In this document: piece by piece, positions 51,603-64,000 of the stretch
Position numbering within the stretch: the stretch's first letter is position 1
Layout of the letters: every line of letters begins with the position of its first letter
Assembly (NCBI GenBank): GCA_012295275.1
Contig: CM022668.1
Location: forward strand, 9,362,001 to 9,426,000
Origin: Chrysomallon squamiferum
Lineage: Eukaryota > Animalia > Mollusca
Reading direction: 5' to 3'
Length of the DNA stretch: 64,000 bases
Notes under the pieces: model-generated
What the model saw: the letters and a program-made list of their open reading frames with translations, nothing else
What the model was told of the DNA's origin: nothing
Database searches by the model: none
Program-made: the position numbers and the translations under genes

Positions 51603-52069
51603 TTTTATTTTATTTTATTTTATTGTTTTTATTTTAATTTGATTGGCTTAAACTTAGAACGGCTATTCTTTTTAGTTTGAGTGCAAAACTGATGAACTTC
51701 TCTGATACAGAAATTTATTTTGGTCAGTCTAGTTGCATCAGATGTCCGAACTGGACATTCTTGTTTGTCAGTTTTGTAACATTTCTGCCTACGTTATATA
51801 AAAAGGCCTTTCATAATTTTGCAAAGATGTTAGAAGATTGCTGAAACGCAGTAGTTCACGACTAGAACGAACTAAAAACATACAACTAGATTATTCAGTC
51901 CCGTTTATTATTCTCTATGTGTTGACGTAATCATTATTTTAAAACATATTTAGCTTAAAAAAAAAAAAAAAAAAAAATTGACAAAAATGTTTTGTGTAAA
52001 TAAACACTTCACACATTTTATTTAAAGCTATGTACAAGTGAATATAGCAGGTGAAGGATCATTGAGACG

Positions 52070-52130
52070 ATCAGCGGCAAATTATCTTTAATATGCACCA
52101 TCCCACATACAGGATGGTAAATATAGCAAA
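52070..52130 (+). repeat. Degenerate interspersed-repeat (SINE-like) fragment
   Basis: TATGCACCATCCCACATACAGGAT core, related to 24362-24450. Confidence 0.35.
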
Positions 52131-52248
52131 TGGAACAGTCTTTATTACATCATTTGTACTACTAAGAGGAATCCTACCTTAGGACTATGATATTCTGACA
52201 CGTCTGCGTGAGAGAAAGAAAGAAAGAGAGAGATAGAGAGAGAGAGAG

Positions 52249-52314
<66 letters not shown>

Positions 52315-52562
52315 GGATGGGAGAGAGGCAGAGAGGGAGAGACAGAAACAGAAAGACAGACGGAGAGAGAGACAGAGTGAGAGAGCTGTCTAAATATACA
52401 AAAATATAACATGTAAAACCGGCTTTTTACACAGATTGTGCCAGTAGCAATATGAATATATTTTTATTTTTGTTTATGAATGAATTTATATTTTATTTTG
52501 GTAATGTACATTGCTCCAGGCAAACATTAATAAAAGACAAAGAAAAACCCAACCACAAAATA

Positions 52563-52597
<35 letters not shown>

Positions 52598-53027
52598 AAC
52601 AAAGAACAAAAAAAAAAAAAAAAAAAAGAAGAAATAAAAACAAAATATAAAATGTTAATTAGGTTCACATAATCGTCCCAGTTTGATAGCTATCTAATTA
52701 TAATAGTCAAAACAATAGCAACAAAGAACAGAGAGAAAAACTAAAAGCACAGTAGTTTCAACAGTAACTAAACAAAACGCAGGATATGAAATGTTTTGAC
52801 AATTCCAAGTGCACATTCGTGCGTGCGTATATGAATATGTGAAGCCTGTGTCTCTTTATGTAACATATCGACAAACATACGCATTATGCAGTAATTTATT
52901 TATTTATGCTAAGAAAGATTTCTCGACATGCCTTATATGTGTATTCTAATTATGATTCAATGAACGTAACTTCGCCAAAGCGCAAATCTAAATATTGGCC
53001 AGTGTATATCAATCACTCAACAATCAA

Positions 53028-53179
<152 letters not shown>

Positions 53180-53478
53180 GGAAGTGTAGCACATGAGGAC
53201 TGATGAACATTGTCATAATTATATCATGTTTATCATTATCATCGTTATGATAATCACTGTTACTACACACCTCATAATCTAATCAGTATTATCAGTATCA
53301 TCATAACCATCACCTTATCATCATTATTATTATATTGTTATTGTTGTTATTATTATCACCACCATCATCATCATTATCATCATCATCATCATCATTACTG
53401 AAGCATACGTCGATGTTTCCCAGATTTATTAAATAGTTGAGTTTTTATTTGTTGTTGTTGTTGTTGTTGTTGTTTTAT

Positions 53479-54501
53479 TTATACGTCATCATTTTTCAAG
53501 TCATTGTACGTCACACTCGTATCTTCCGAGGTTGCAGGTTTGGAAAAGCACAGACCAACTCGTTTCGCTACGCTGGCAAACTTAGGCTTTGCAACTTCCC
53601 GGACGTCGGGCAGAAGCAGCCACGTGACCGGGAGAATGGCGAGTCTTAACGAATCGAGCAAGGACGTCGTTATGAACAGGTCGAACATAACTTGCGTCAT
53701 AAAATTGATACTGCTGGCCAAGTACAGAATTATCATCACTGCATCGGGAAGAGCCAACAGCGTCACAACTAACCAAGAAGGCAGAAACACAAATAAGTTT
53801 TCTGACTTGTTGTTCGGGTCAAGAAGTATTCGGTTCTGAATGTCGAAATCGCGCTTCTGCAACTGGAAGCGTATCGCTGTGTACGCCAGCAAACCGCCAG
53901 AAATTAATATCGGCATGAAGTAGCACAAAATATTCAGAGTTATTTCCCTTTCTGTCGTTAAAAGCAGGTGACAATATTCGTACGACCATATTAATTTGAC
54001 TTCGGGTAAAATGCCGGTTAGGACGAGAGCGGGCAAAATGGCGACCGCGGTGACAACGGGACTTACACAGATGAACACGGAGAGGATGATTCTGCATAGT
54101 CGTGGAAGTACCACGTTTCTTCTTGCCCACAGATCTCGAACGAAAGATTCGGCGATAATTATCGTCACATACCACAGCTGTATAAATAGGTCTCCGAAGG
54201 CGTACAGGGCTTGTACTAAAATGTGAAGGAAACATCCGTGGTTGAAAACATGTTTAAGGGAATAATCGACGCTAAACGGGTTGCTCAGGAGATTGATTAT
54301 GACGTCACTCAGACCGCAGCAGGCGATCAGTTTATAGCGAAGTTCCTGACGTAAGCCTGACGTCACAATGACGGTTATTAGAATGACGTTGATAACTGTG
54401 ATCCAGATAATTAGAATGGATGAATAGAGAGGAGCTGCTATGTTGTACGCGGAAAGATCGATGCTGATTCTGCTGAAGTTGGTCGTATTGGAGTAATTCA
54501 T
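53479..54501 (-). CDS. Divergent 7TM GPCR-like receptor, copy E (inverted, intact)
   Basis: 340-aa ORF with three N-terminal N-glycosylation sequons (MNYSNTTNFS). Acceptor TTTTCAG|AAATG at 54503 and a candidate non-coding exon donor at 55039. Motifs GCFLH, FIQLWYV, YFMP, FLPSWLVVT, LRLAILPVTWLLLPDVR. Confidence 0.88.
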   Translation of the reverse strand: MNYSNTTNFSRISIDLSAYNIAAPLYSSILIIWITVINVILITVIVTSGLRQELRYKLIACCGLSDVIINLLSNPFSVDYSLKHVFNHGCFLHILVQALYAFGDLFIQLWYVTIIIAESFVRDLWARRNVVLPRLCRIILSVFICVSPVVTAVAILPALVLTGILPEVKLIWSYEYCHLLLTTEREITLNILCYFMPILISGGLLAYTAIRFQLQKRDFDIQNRILLDPNNKSENLFVFLPSWLVVTLLALPDAVMIILYLASSINFMTQVMFDLFITTSLLDSLRLAILPVTWLLLPDVREVAKPKFASVAKRVGLCFSKPATSEDTSVTYNDLKNDDV

Positions 54502-54701
54502 TTCTGAAAAGTTAGAGAAAAGTAATATTACTGTCAGTGAAACTTGCTTTTTACTTTGTTTGCTGTAGCATTTTAAAATTTTAAAATTATTTTATTTTAT
54601 TTTAAATCTTTTATTATTTTGTTAGCTGTTATTTCCGTTTATTTACAGCTAATGGCTACTAGCATCAAGAGAATGAGATAACGTTAGAAACGTTCTTTTG
54701 T

Positions 54702-54789
<88 letters not shown>

Positions 54790-55289
54790 AATATTCATCT
54801 TTCCACAAACGCAAATATACAAAGATAAATTTATTTGTACACCATGCATGTATGTACCAAATATTGGACATGAAAAAAAAAATATATATATAAAAAAAAA
54901 AAAAAAAAAAAAAAATTAAAAGAAAAAGGAATCAAGAAGAAAATGTATTTGATATGAATTGTTTTTGTGTAGAGATTTTTATTTTTTTAAATTAGATTTT
55001 ATAATATTAATATTAATTAAAAAAAAAAGAAGTCTTACCTTCGGAATGTTACCAGACATGAACGTCCTCTCATTAAATAAACTCGTCAACTAACGCTCGC
55101 AGTGTTACTGACAAATGTAATTAGTACTGTAATGTATATTCTTTGACACGCCCTCTGTATCAACTTTCGAACCTGGTAGTGCCAGCAACGTCAAGGCCAA
55201 GATTAAGTTAACGACTCCAACACGACCGCACAGACCTGCTTTTACGCTGAAGATTGTATTTCCGAGCTGTAAACCAGTCTTGGCTTGTC

Positions 55290-55332
<43 letters not shown>

Positions 55333-55837
55333 GCACGCACGCACACGCACACGCACACACAGGCACACACACAGAGACACAACGCCTTGTGTTTTACCCG
55401 TGATGCAACAGAACAAAGACCCAATCGTTACAACAGTGAATGGACATCAAAACACAACGCATTAAATAATATTTGCTATTTTATTTGGACAAATCGCATG
55501 GACACACATTTCTTTTAAAATTCATTTTAAAATGGTTACTTGTTTATACAGTCGGTTCAAAACGTCCAAACATAAATCTAATAACACGTGCTCGTTACTA
55601 CCAAATCAGCAAAACATTCCAATTATGTACATCATGTTCTGATATGTCAGTAGTGCTAAACGTCGGTCCATTTTGAAATGGCTCATTTACGGAGATGTTC
55701 TACAGACCATTTTCAAATGGTCCTATTAAGGATTTAACAGGTGAACACGTCACTTCCGCTTGACGTACTTTTGTTTATCTACCTTATTATTCCGAGCTGC
55801 ATGTATTATAATTATAGTAATGAAGATGAAAATCAGA

Positions 55838-55882
<45 letters not shown>

Positions 55883-56023
55883 CATAATCATAATATAAAT
55901 CATTTATCACGCGATAATAACTGGAAAATAATCACTATTAATTATTCTCAATAAATGTCATTTAAGAATTAAAACCTTCAAATGGCCTTTTCGTTCCGTA
56001 ACCAAAATGAAGGATAACATTAA

Positions 56024-56103
<80 letters not shown>

Positions 56104-56981
56104 CAGTAATAAACTCTTAAATTCGTAAATTTCTGATGCTTGGTTTTCTTATTCTTTATCATTATTATCATTATTCTTATTATTCTTCTTCTTATTATTA
56201 TTATAGTATGTGAAGGTCAGCATCGAACTTTGACCCAAAGTAATCTTGATTCGTTTCAGTGTCAAGTTTAAGGACGACATTTATACAAGTGAGGCAAGCA
56301 CGAGAAACTACGTAAAAAAAATGCTGCCAATCTGATTTTGATGAATGACAGAATACAAACAACAGAAGTGTCATTTCCTAGATCTTATTGTACCCTCTTC
56401 TCGTGAGATAGAGAGAGAGGGGGAGGGAGAAAGAGGGGGAGGGAGAAAGACCCTCGGGAGTTTTAAGATATGTTTATTTATTTCAAATATGATCCCCGTT
56501 ACAGAAAGCGAACCGCCCCCAAAACTTTTTTTTTTAAACTAATTCTATTTTAGAATGACCCTATTCCTTATCTTCATTCTAAAATACACAGACATTCCCC
56601 CTCTAGAAATACCCATATTTGAATTCGTCCACCTAATGTTACAGACTAATACTTTGGTATGATATAATTCTAGAATTAATCAAATAAGCCTTTTACATTA
56701 TTTTATACAATAAACATTTGTCATAGTTTATCATTTTTCTTAAACTTGTAGAATGTCTTTTGTCAGTTTTATGATTACATAAACCTTTCTAGTTAATCTT
56801 GTTATATTGTAAAATTCCTCTGTAAAACCTTACGACAAAGCAATAAATCATAACTTTATTCTCCGTTTTAAATTATATATTTTTTTTTTCTCTCTAGATT
56901 TAGCAAATGGCGTTCCCAGCTGTTATTACTGATCTCGTAAATCCTTATTTTCATTTTTATTTTTGTATTCGTCATACTGCG

Positions 56982-57012
<31 letters not shown>

Positions 57013-57304
57013 TGTTTTCTTTCAATTAAATAAATTAACGAGACGATATTTCCGACTCTTTTATTTATTACTTAGAAGATTTACACTTTAACGGAGTGTA
57101 TGATCTAACTGCAGCATGATAAAAAAAAAAAAGCAGTTGAATCTATTATAAAGAAAAATGTTAACAGTTCGACAGAACAAAGACAAATTAACAGAATTAC
57201 TGACAATGAAACCAAAACTCAGATATGATCAAAACCGAAGTCAAAGAATCTTCCAAACCCGCCCACATAATCTTAAACTTTTAAATAAATATAAAAAAAA
57301 AATA

Positions 57305-57340
<36 letters not shown>

Positions 57341-58378
57341 AATAGTAATGTTCAAATTATATGTTAACGTGTATAATATTACAGTTAAATGTATATGCGT
57401 ATCTACAGGTATATTCATGAACGAGTGTGTCTATGTATGCACGCATGGTGTTTGTGTGTATGTATGGACGTACATCTCGAATACACTGTATTCGTACACA
57501 AGTACATACTAAGAGTACTATTGTTGCGCTTTCCCTTTCTCCTTTACGTTAAATACAATGAACTATGAACATAAAAGAAACACGAGTTGAATGTTTATCA
57601 TCGAGTAACTGATAAACACTACTCGAGTTACACCAACAGCTCACAACTTTTAATTAACATACATACACGTGCCGTAAATACAAATGTAATTATTTTTAAC
57701 ACTGTACGTTCAAACTACGCTTTCTTTAGAAGAATCGTTACAAAGGCTGAGAGAGAGAAAAAAAAAAAAAAAAAAAAGAGTTTATTTTATTATCCAGCGT
57801 GACTTCGAGTACGCCTTTATAGCAATATCCTGAATCTTTTATTTATCAGTTTCAGTGAGCTATACGTTATTATATATTGAGATCAATTCGCAGACTTCAT
57901 TATTATGATGTGACGTAGACGTAACCTGGCGCGTTATTCTCACGATGAGAAACTTTTATTTCTCAATTCAGTAAATATATACATTATTATATCTGTAAAT
58001 TAACCGACATATAATGTGACATCGTCCGGCGCGTATAACCGATGTACAGAAACGTTTGTTCGTCAGTTCAGTCAACTGCACTTTATTATATACCGAGATT
58101 AATGCACAAGGTTATAGGATATGATGACATCAACTTGGCCTGGCCGCGTTTTCCCGATATAGAAACACATTTCTTTTTTTTTCTTTCTTTTTTTAAATTT
58201 TAATAAGCTGTACTTTATTACTTTGAAATTAACCCTTTACATGATACAAACTCGCTTACGCCTGTAGTTAACACTCTCGATGCTACAAACTGAATTTTAG
58301 TCTTGTTACAAGCTACACAGGGTTAAAAGTTGTTTAACCGTCTAAAATACTATCTTTTTTTTCTCCTCACGCTTATAG

Positions 58379-58560
58379 TTAACCCTTTCACTCTTATATC
58401 CAAAATGACCATTCTTCAGTAATAAATTAGGTATGATTTCTGAACAGTGTATATATATCACATGAAAAATAAACACGTATTGCATCATTACAACTGGTTA
58501 CAAAAAAAATATTTTTATTTATTCTCAGATATATTAGATGTGCATTACTTATTCCTTTGA

Positions 58561-58639
<79 letters not shown>

Positions 58640-58835
58640 GTAATAATAGGATTGGCGATGATGACTATACTACTACTTATAAAAAGAACAAAACAAAAAA
58701 AGAAAGTATGCGAATTACGCAAAATGAGTGAGATGAAGAAGATATCACAAACAAGAACTGACTAGCAGCAAAAACTGTTTAAAAATATTAAATTCAATAA
58801 CTACCAAGCATCTGTTCTACATTTTTCTAAGCTAA

Positions 58836-58893
<58 letters not shown>

Positions 58894-58897
58894 TTAA

Positions 58898-58956
<59 letters not shown>

Positions 58957-59289
58957 TAAATTAAAATGCACCAAGTATCAATGTATTGTTATAATAGTTA
59001 CAAATACAATGTGATGGGAATTCCAACTACTTTTGGGTGTTTTGATAAACCAAGTAGATTATTTCTTTACTCAAGAAGTCAACATAAACACTTTTAGCTA
59101 TCATACAATTGTGACAAACTGCTCTGACATTTGCACAGTATAAGCAATTAAAGGGCTAAAACCAAAGTTAATTAACCACATTATAATATAAAAATTAAAG
59201 AATAGAAAACGTATTAATATCATTTAACCAAATACAAAATATTCCAAAAAATCACTGAACTAATTTCCATTTTGCAGGAAAAGGGTTAA
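58379..59289. mobile_element. Possible piggyBac-type non-autonomous element
   Basis: TTAA|CCCTTT at 58379-58388 and AAAGGG|TTAA at 59280-59289. Only 6 bp of TIR match, and the interior is AT-rich with (AAT)n. Confidence 0.3.
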
Positions 59290-60735
59290 GGTATCGTATG
59301 TTATTACATATTCAAAGACGGTGATCAAAAGAAACATACCATTGTAAAAATCATTTTAAAAAAAGCAGTGTAAATTTATATGAATAAAATTCACTATACA
59401 ATATTTCTGCAATTTAATGGGTTTTAATCGTAAAATCATTTCTTTTTATTTCTTTCATGTTTTCTGTTTTTAAACTTCCATGAGAATAAAGAAATATAAA
59501 ATTACTGTTAATTTATGTGAAACCGACAGTGCTACAGAAAAACAAAATACTGCCGTTTTACTTCTTAAAAGCTGTATCTTTATTTGCAAATACAACCAGA
59601 TACCAAATCTGCTTACAACTGTTACCTAAGTAAAACAATTACTGAGAAGAGAGGTAATTCATTTAAGCCTATGTCAAGTTCATGAAATGTCACATAACAT
59701 AACAATCGGCCTTTTCTTTTTTGTTATGGAAATATTAATTTTTACAGATGAACTAATTAAATATTTCTACATGTAAAATAAATAAAATATCACAAATTTA
59801 CTGAACATTGAAAACAGTATCCACTGGTGTATTCTAAAACTGCAGTACAATACAAAAAAAAAAAAAAAAAAAAAAAAAGAAAGAAAGAAAAATATATGTA
59901 TCTACATAATAATAATTATAAATAAATAAATAAAAGTAAAAATAAATAATAATAAATATTAAAAAAAAAAAAAAAACTTTATTTCATAAAAATAATTATT
60001 GGCAATTAAAAAAAAAAACACAAAAAATCTATTTAGGGAAAAAAAAGAATGAAAAAAAAAAAAAAAATAAATAAAATAAAATAAAACCCCACAAAAAATC
60101 AAAAAAAATCCTAGATTTCATTGCAGTTTAAAATGATTATCAAACCAAAATAATTAACAGCACTATGAGCAAATTACATTGTGATGTATGATAACCTTTT
60201 CAAAACATAGTAGTTCTTTTTTTTAATACAAAAAGAAGAAATTGTTTAAAGGGACATCACTCTATAATGGGCAGTAACTCCAGTCACATAAACAGAATTA
60301 TCAATATATTTATTGAAACAATAAAACTTTTCACAATTACTAATAATTAAATATTAAATATAAAGCCAAATCGGTAAATGTGTCAAAAAACATATATATA
60401 TATATAAAAAAAAAAAAAAAAAAAATGAATAATAAAAGAATAAAAATTCGAAAACGTTCATTTTAATTTTCTAAAAACTGTTTTATACAATAGTTGGTTA
60501 TAAATTAAAACTCTCTATCACTGTAATAATTATTTAGCTTTCCATCAGTGTGACAAAGATGTAATTAAATACACGTCAGTACAAAGAGAAATGTAAACAC
60601 TGTTGTTTTAATTTCGTTTCCTATTAAAAACAAACATTTCTTTAAAAAGAGTAATTAAAGTGAGTTAAAATCTTGCTCTAATTAAACTTTAAAATGAACA
60701 CAAGTATTTTAATCAAAAGTTGTTTTTTTTTCAGT

Positions 60736-60766
<31 letters not shown>

Positions 60767-62189
60767 TATATGTATTTATGGATATGCTTCAGTTAAATTT
60801 CATTATTACCATATAAAATAGAAATAAAATTATTTAATATTTTAAAAGAAATAATTTCAGATATACAGGAAAATGAATTTAAGACTATAAACCAACCCTT
60901 CTACATAGGTGTTCTCAAAACAGAATAGAGGAAAATAGTTTAAAAGTCTTTGGTTTTGTTTGATATATTTTATTTTTGTCCCTGTCAACAGAGCCAGAAT
61001 GGACATGCAAATTTTGTGCACTGTTAACAATAACAGCAATATGAAAAACAGTAAGATCAAAGCATTTGTTTCTAAAAAATAGGTGGAGGTAGGCTGTAGG
61101 ATATTTGTAATTATAGTTAATTTAAAAAAAATAAAATAATAATAATAATAATAATAATAAGATAATAAAAACTGTAGTCTAATTTAACTATTTCTTCAAT
61201 ATTAACCAACATTTTGAAAGTTTTAATTTTTCATTTATTTATTCTCCTTTTTCTTTTCTTTTTTCTAAATTTATTTTTCTGTACCAGCTTAAAAATTATT
61301 ATATATTTTTATCAAAGAGCTGTGTGCTTATATAAAATATATTTTTTTTTTTGTTTGTTTAGTATACATCTCCCACTAATTTTAAAAAATAGTTTACATT
61401 GTTAAAAAAAAAAAGGACCTCAGAAACAAGATTAAAAATCCATAGCTATCTACATCTGACTGCCGATAAGCTGATCTGATTTTTAAAAAAATATATCTGC
61501 AGTTCTACCAATGAAAACTTTCCATAACAAAAACACATTAATGACAAATGTATACTGTAAAATAAAATGTGCTAAAAGCAAGCCAACAAGGCAAAAACCA
61601 ATATTCTTTTTAAAAAAATAAACAACAAAAATGTTAAATCTTTGCTTTAAAAAAAAAAAAAAAAAAAAAAATAAAATAAAAAACCGCCACTTTGCTTTCC
61701 TCAGTCTTGTGCGCTGAACTAAAAATACTTTTAATGACAACAACAACTGAATTAACTCGATGTTTCGGGGACATGTTTGGGTTTCATAAAAATGAAGAAT
61801 AAGAAGAAAAAGAAGAAGAAGAAGAAAAAATTACAACACAAGGGCAATGATTTTAAAAACTATGTCAAAAATTACAAAATGTACACAAGCATCGTTCTGT
61901 GAAGAGGTCAATAATAACATCTATGAAGAAAAATGACCTGATGGTGGATAAACGAATTTTCAAATCCCATTTCAGTTGTAAGTGACAAATATCATCAGCA
62001 ATGTTTAAAAATGAACTTTATAAATCCAGTACCTTATTTCAAGTGATGAATTACAGGCAACAGATTATTGCATTGTGCTACAGATGTATTTAGCGTGTTT
62101 TTTTTTTTTAAACCAATAATAATAATAATAAAAAACACAAGAAATGTGATTTTTCTAGATTATTCTGTTAAAAATACTGACTGAAGAAT

Positions 62190-62226
<37 letters not shown>

Positions 62227-63657
62227 CAACAATAATGATAAACTCAAGAGATGAGGTAATCTAGACTATGCAATGAAAGAAACTGATTCAAAGATGTGAG
62301 TCTGGGACTTGAGAAAACAGGCTGCCAAACAAGTGAAGGTAAAAATGAAAGGGAGTGTATGGTGTGCCTCTTTTCCCGTATACATCAAACATGATTAGAA
62401 AATGTATTCAAAATACATTTTAGAATTTGGCAAATCCCAAACAAAGAGATGATATCTGTGTGTCTTAAATTTATCAGTAATACTTGTAACACACACATAA
62501 ATTATTATCTACAATTAAACATGAATCAACCCATACATTGATATTCATTCTATTATTACTAGAAAAATAAATAATAATAAAAAATAAGTAAAACCATATA
62601 ATAATAATAATAATAATAGAAATTTTTAAAAAACAATTATAAAATAAGAAAAGGCAGAAAAAATAAGACATTATAAAGGCATATATACATTTCCAAAACT
62701 TGTTACATCAATAAAACCAGTTATCTTTTCATCACTATCACCATAGTAACATGTTTCAATAGCATCTATATTACAGATTAATCAACAATCAAAAATACTA
62801 TGCACAAAAATTAAATAATCAAAAAAAGAGACACAAACATGAATAAACCTTTCTTATTTTAATATTTTCTACTGAAACAAATTAATTCTTTCATCTGTTA
62901 GTCTTCAAATAATAATAATATCCGTAAAACAACAGTTTAATTCTTTTTTTTTATTTTATTAAATTATTTAATAAATAATAATTTATTTAAAAGTAAAAAA
63001 GATAAACAAAAAAATATATCTTTTTCAAAAATGATTGTTAGTATTATTACCAAAGTTGGATAAATAAAATAAAATGTTCTTAAAAATATGATTCATATAT
63101 CAACCAGTTAGAAAAATGTTTAAGAATGTTATCTTCATGTATTCTTTCCAAAGTTTTAGAAATTTTATTTAAAATTTGTGATGTTCTGTAAAGTTACATG
63201 AATTTGAGACATCTACTGATTTTTATTCTGTTTAAAATTAGTTTACTTTGAAGTTAAGTGATGTACATTTTTTTTAATTCAACTAGTTGTAATTTTACAG
63301 AAATATCCAATATTAATTAGAGGGAAACTGAATAGTTTATTGTTTACTTGTTCTTATAGGTAAACTAAACAATCTGTATTTTGCTCAGTATATTCAAATA
63401 CATACAACCGAACAAAACCCAGTCTGAACATTCACTGACTGTTCCTTTGGTATGAAGCATATTGTACAGACATGTTGAAAAAAAACACCACAACTCTTGA
63501 ATTATTTATTATTTTTTTAAATCTTAGAGTAATCATTATGTAAAAATTTTAACATAAAAATTTTCATTATGCTGTGAGAATTTTCGTTATACTTATCAAT
63601 TTGTAAATAACATGATTTAATGAGCAAAAATAAGCATTAAACTAATATTAAAATAAC

Positions 63658-63692
<35 letters not shown>

Positions 63693-64000
63693 GGGATTTC
63701 TAAAAAATTCTTATTGGGATTTCCATCTTAAATGCCATTTTAAAAAATTTTAACAAAACGATTACAGTAAAATTGTTAGGAAATATTTAAAAAAGAAGAT
63801 AAAAAAAAAAAAAAAAAAAAAAATTTGAAAAATTAAGAAAAGCAAAGAAGCATTTTAATCAGTCTGCCAAAAAATATCATTTCAACTATTTCTTAGACAA
63901 CTTCATTGAATATGTATTATAATTATTTTCTATCAAATTCAGTATCTATTTCTTACATACGTATAAATCACATTTCCTAATATTACAAACAAAACAAAAA

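Noticed and set aside
58229-58326. 90-bp TTAACCCT...AGGGTTAA mini piggyBac
   Set aside because: Only 4 bp of terminal match inside the TTAA; not distinguishable from chance.
55500-64000. Short ORFs in the right-hand 8.5 kb
   Set aside because: Low-complexity or microsatellite-derived, with no motifs or splice-consistent chain; the region looks intergenic or like a long UTR/intron of a gene outside the window.

Overview
AT-rich, microsatellite-rich eukaryotic (metazoan, probably molluscan) genomic DNA with spliceosomal introns; no prokaryotic features. From left to right: (1) the 5' two-thirds of CDC6 on the - strand, running off the left edge; (2) head-to-head with it, a complete 20-exon CWC22 gene on the + strand, about 1,700 aa, with a very long RS/RD-rich N-terminus; (3) an uncharacterised - strand gene with repeated 'IV.RL..PT.AS' motifs and a candidate RFX X-box promoter; (4) a cluster of five divergent 7TM GPCR-like paralogs lacking DRY/NPxxY, the four + strand copies sharing CRE (TGACGTCA) promoter sites; (5) two Buster/Charlie-type hAT insertions with TIRs and 8-bp TSDs, one with an empty-site paralog in the window; (6) a gene-poor right end. 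The most unusual structure is in CWC22 intron 6: 16 tandem 45-bp copies of the intron 3' splice site plus exon start. Each leads to an in-frame stop and several carry a perfect TACTAAC branch point, making a candidate poison-acceptor array in the gene that loads the exon junction complex. Four apparent single-base deletions in homopolymers break reading frames and are probably assembly errors. All gene models were built by hand from GT-AG sites and reading frame.
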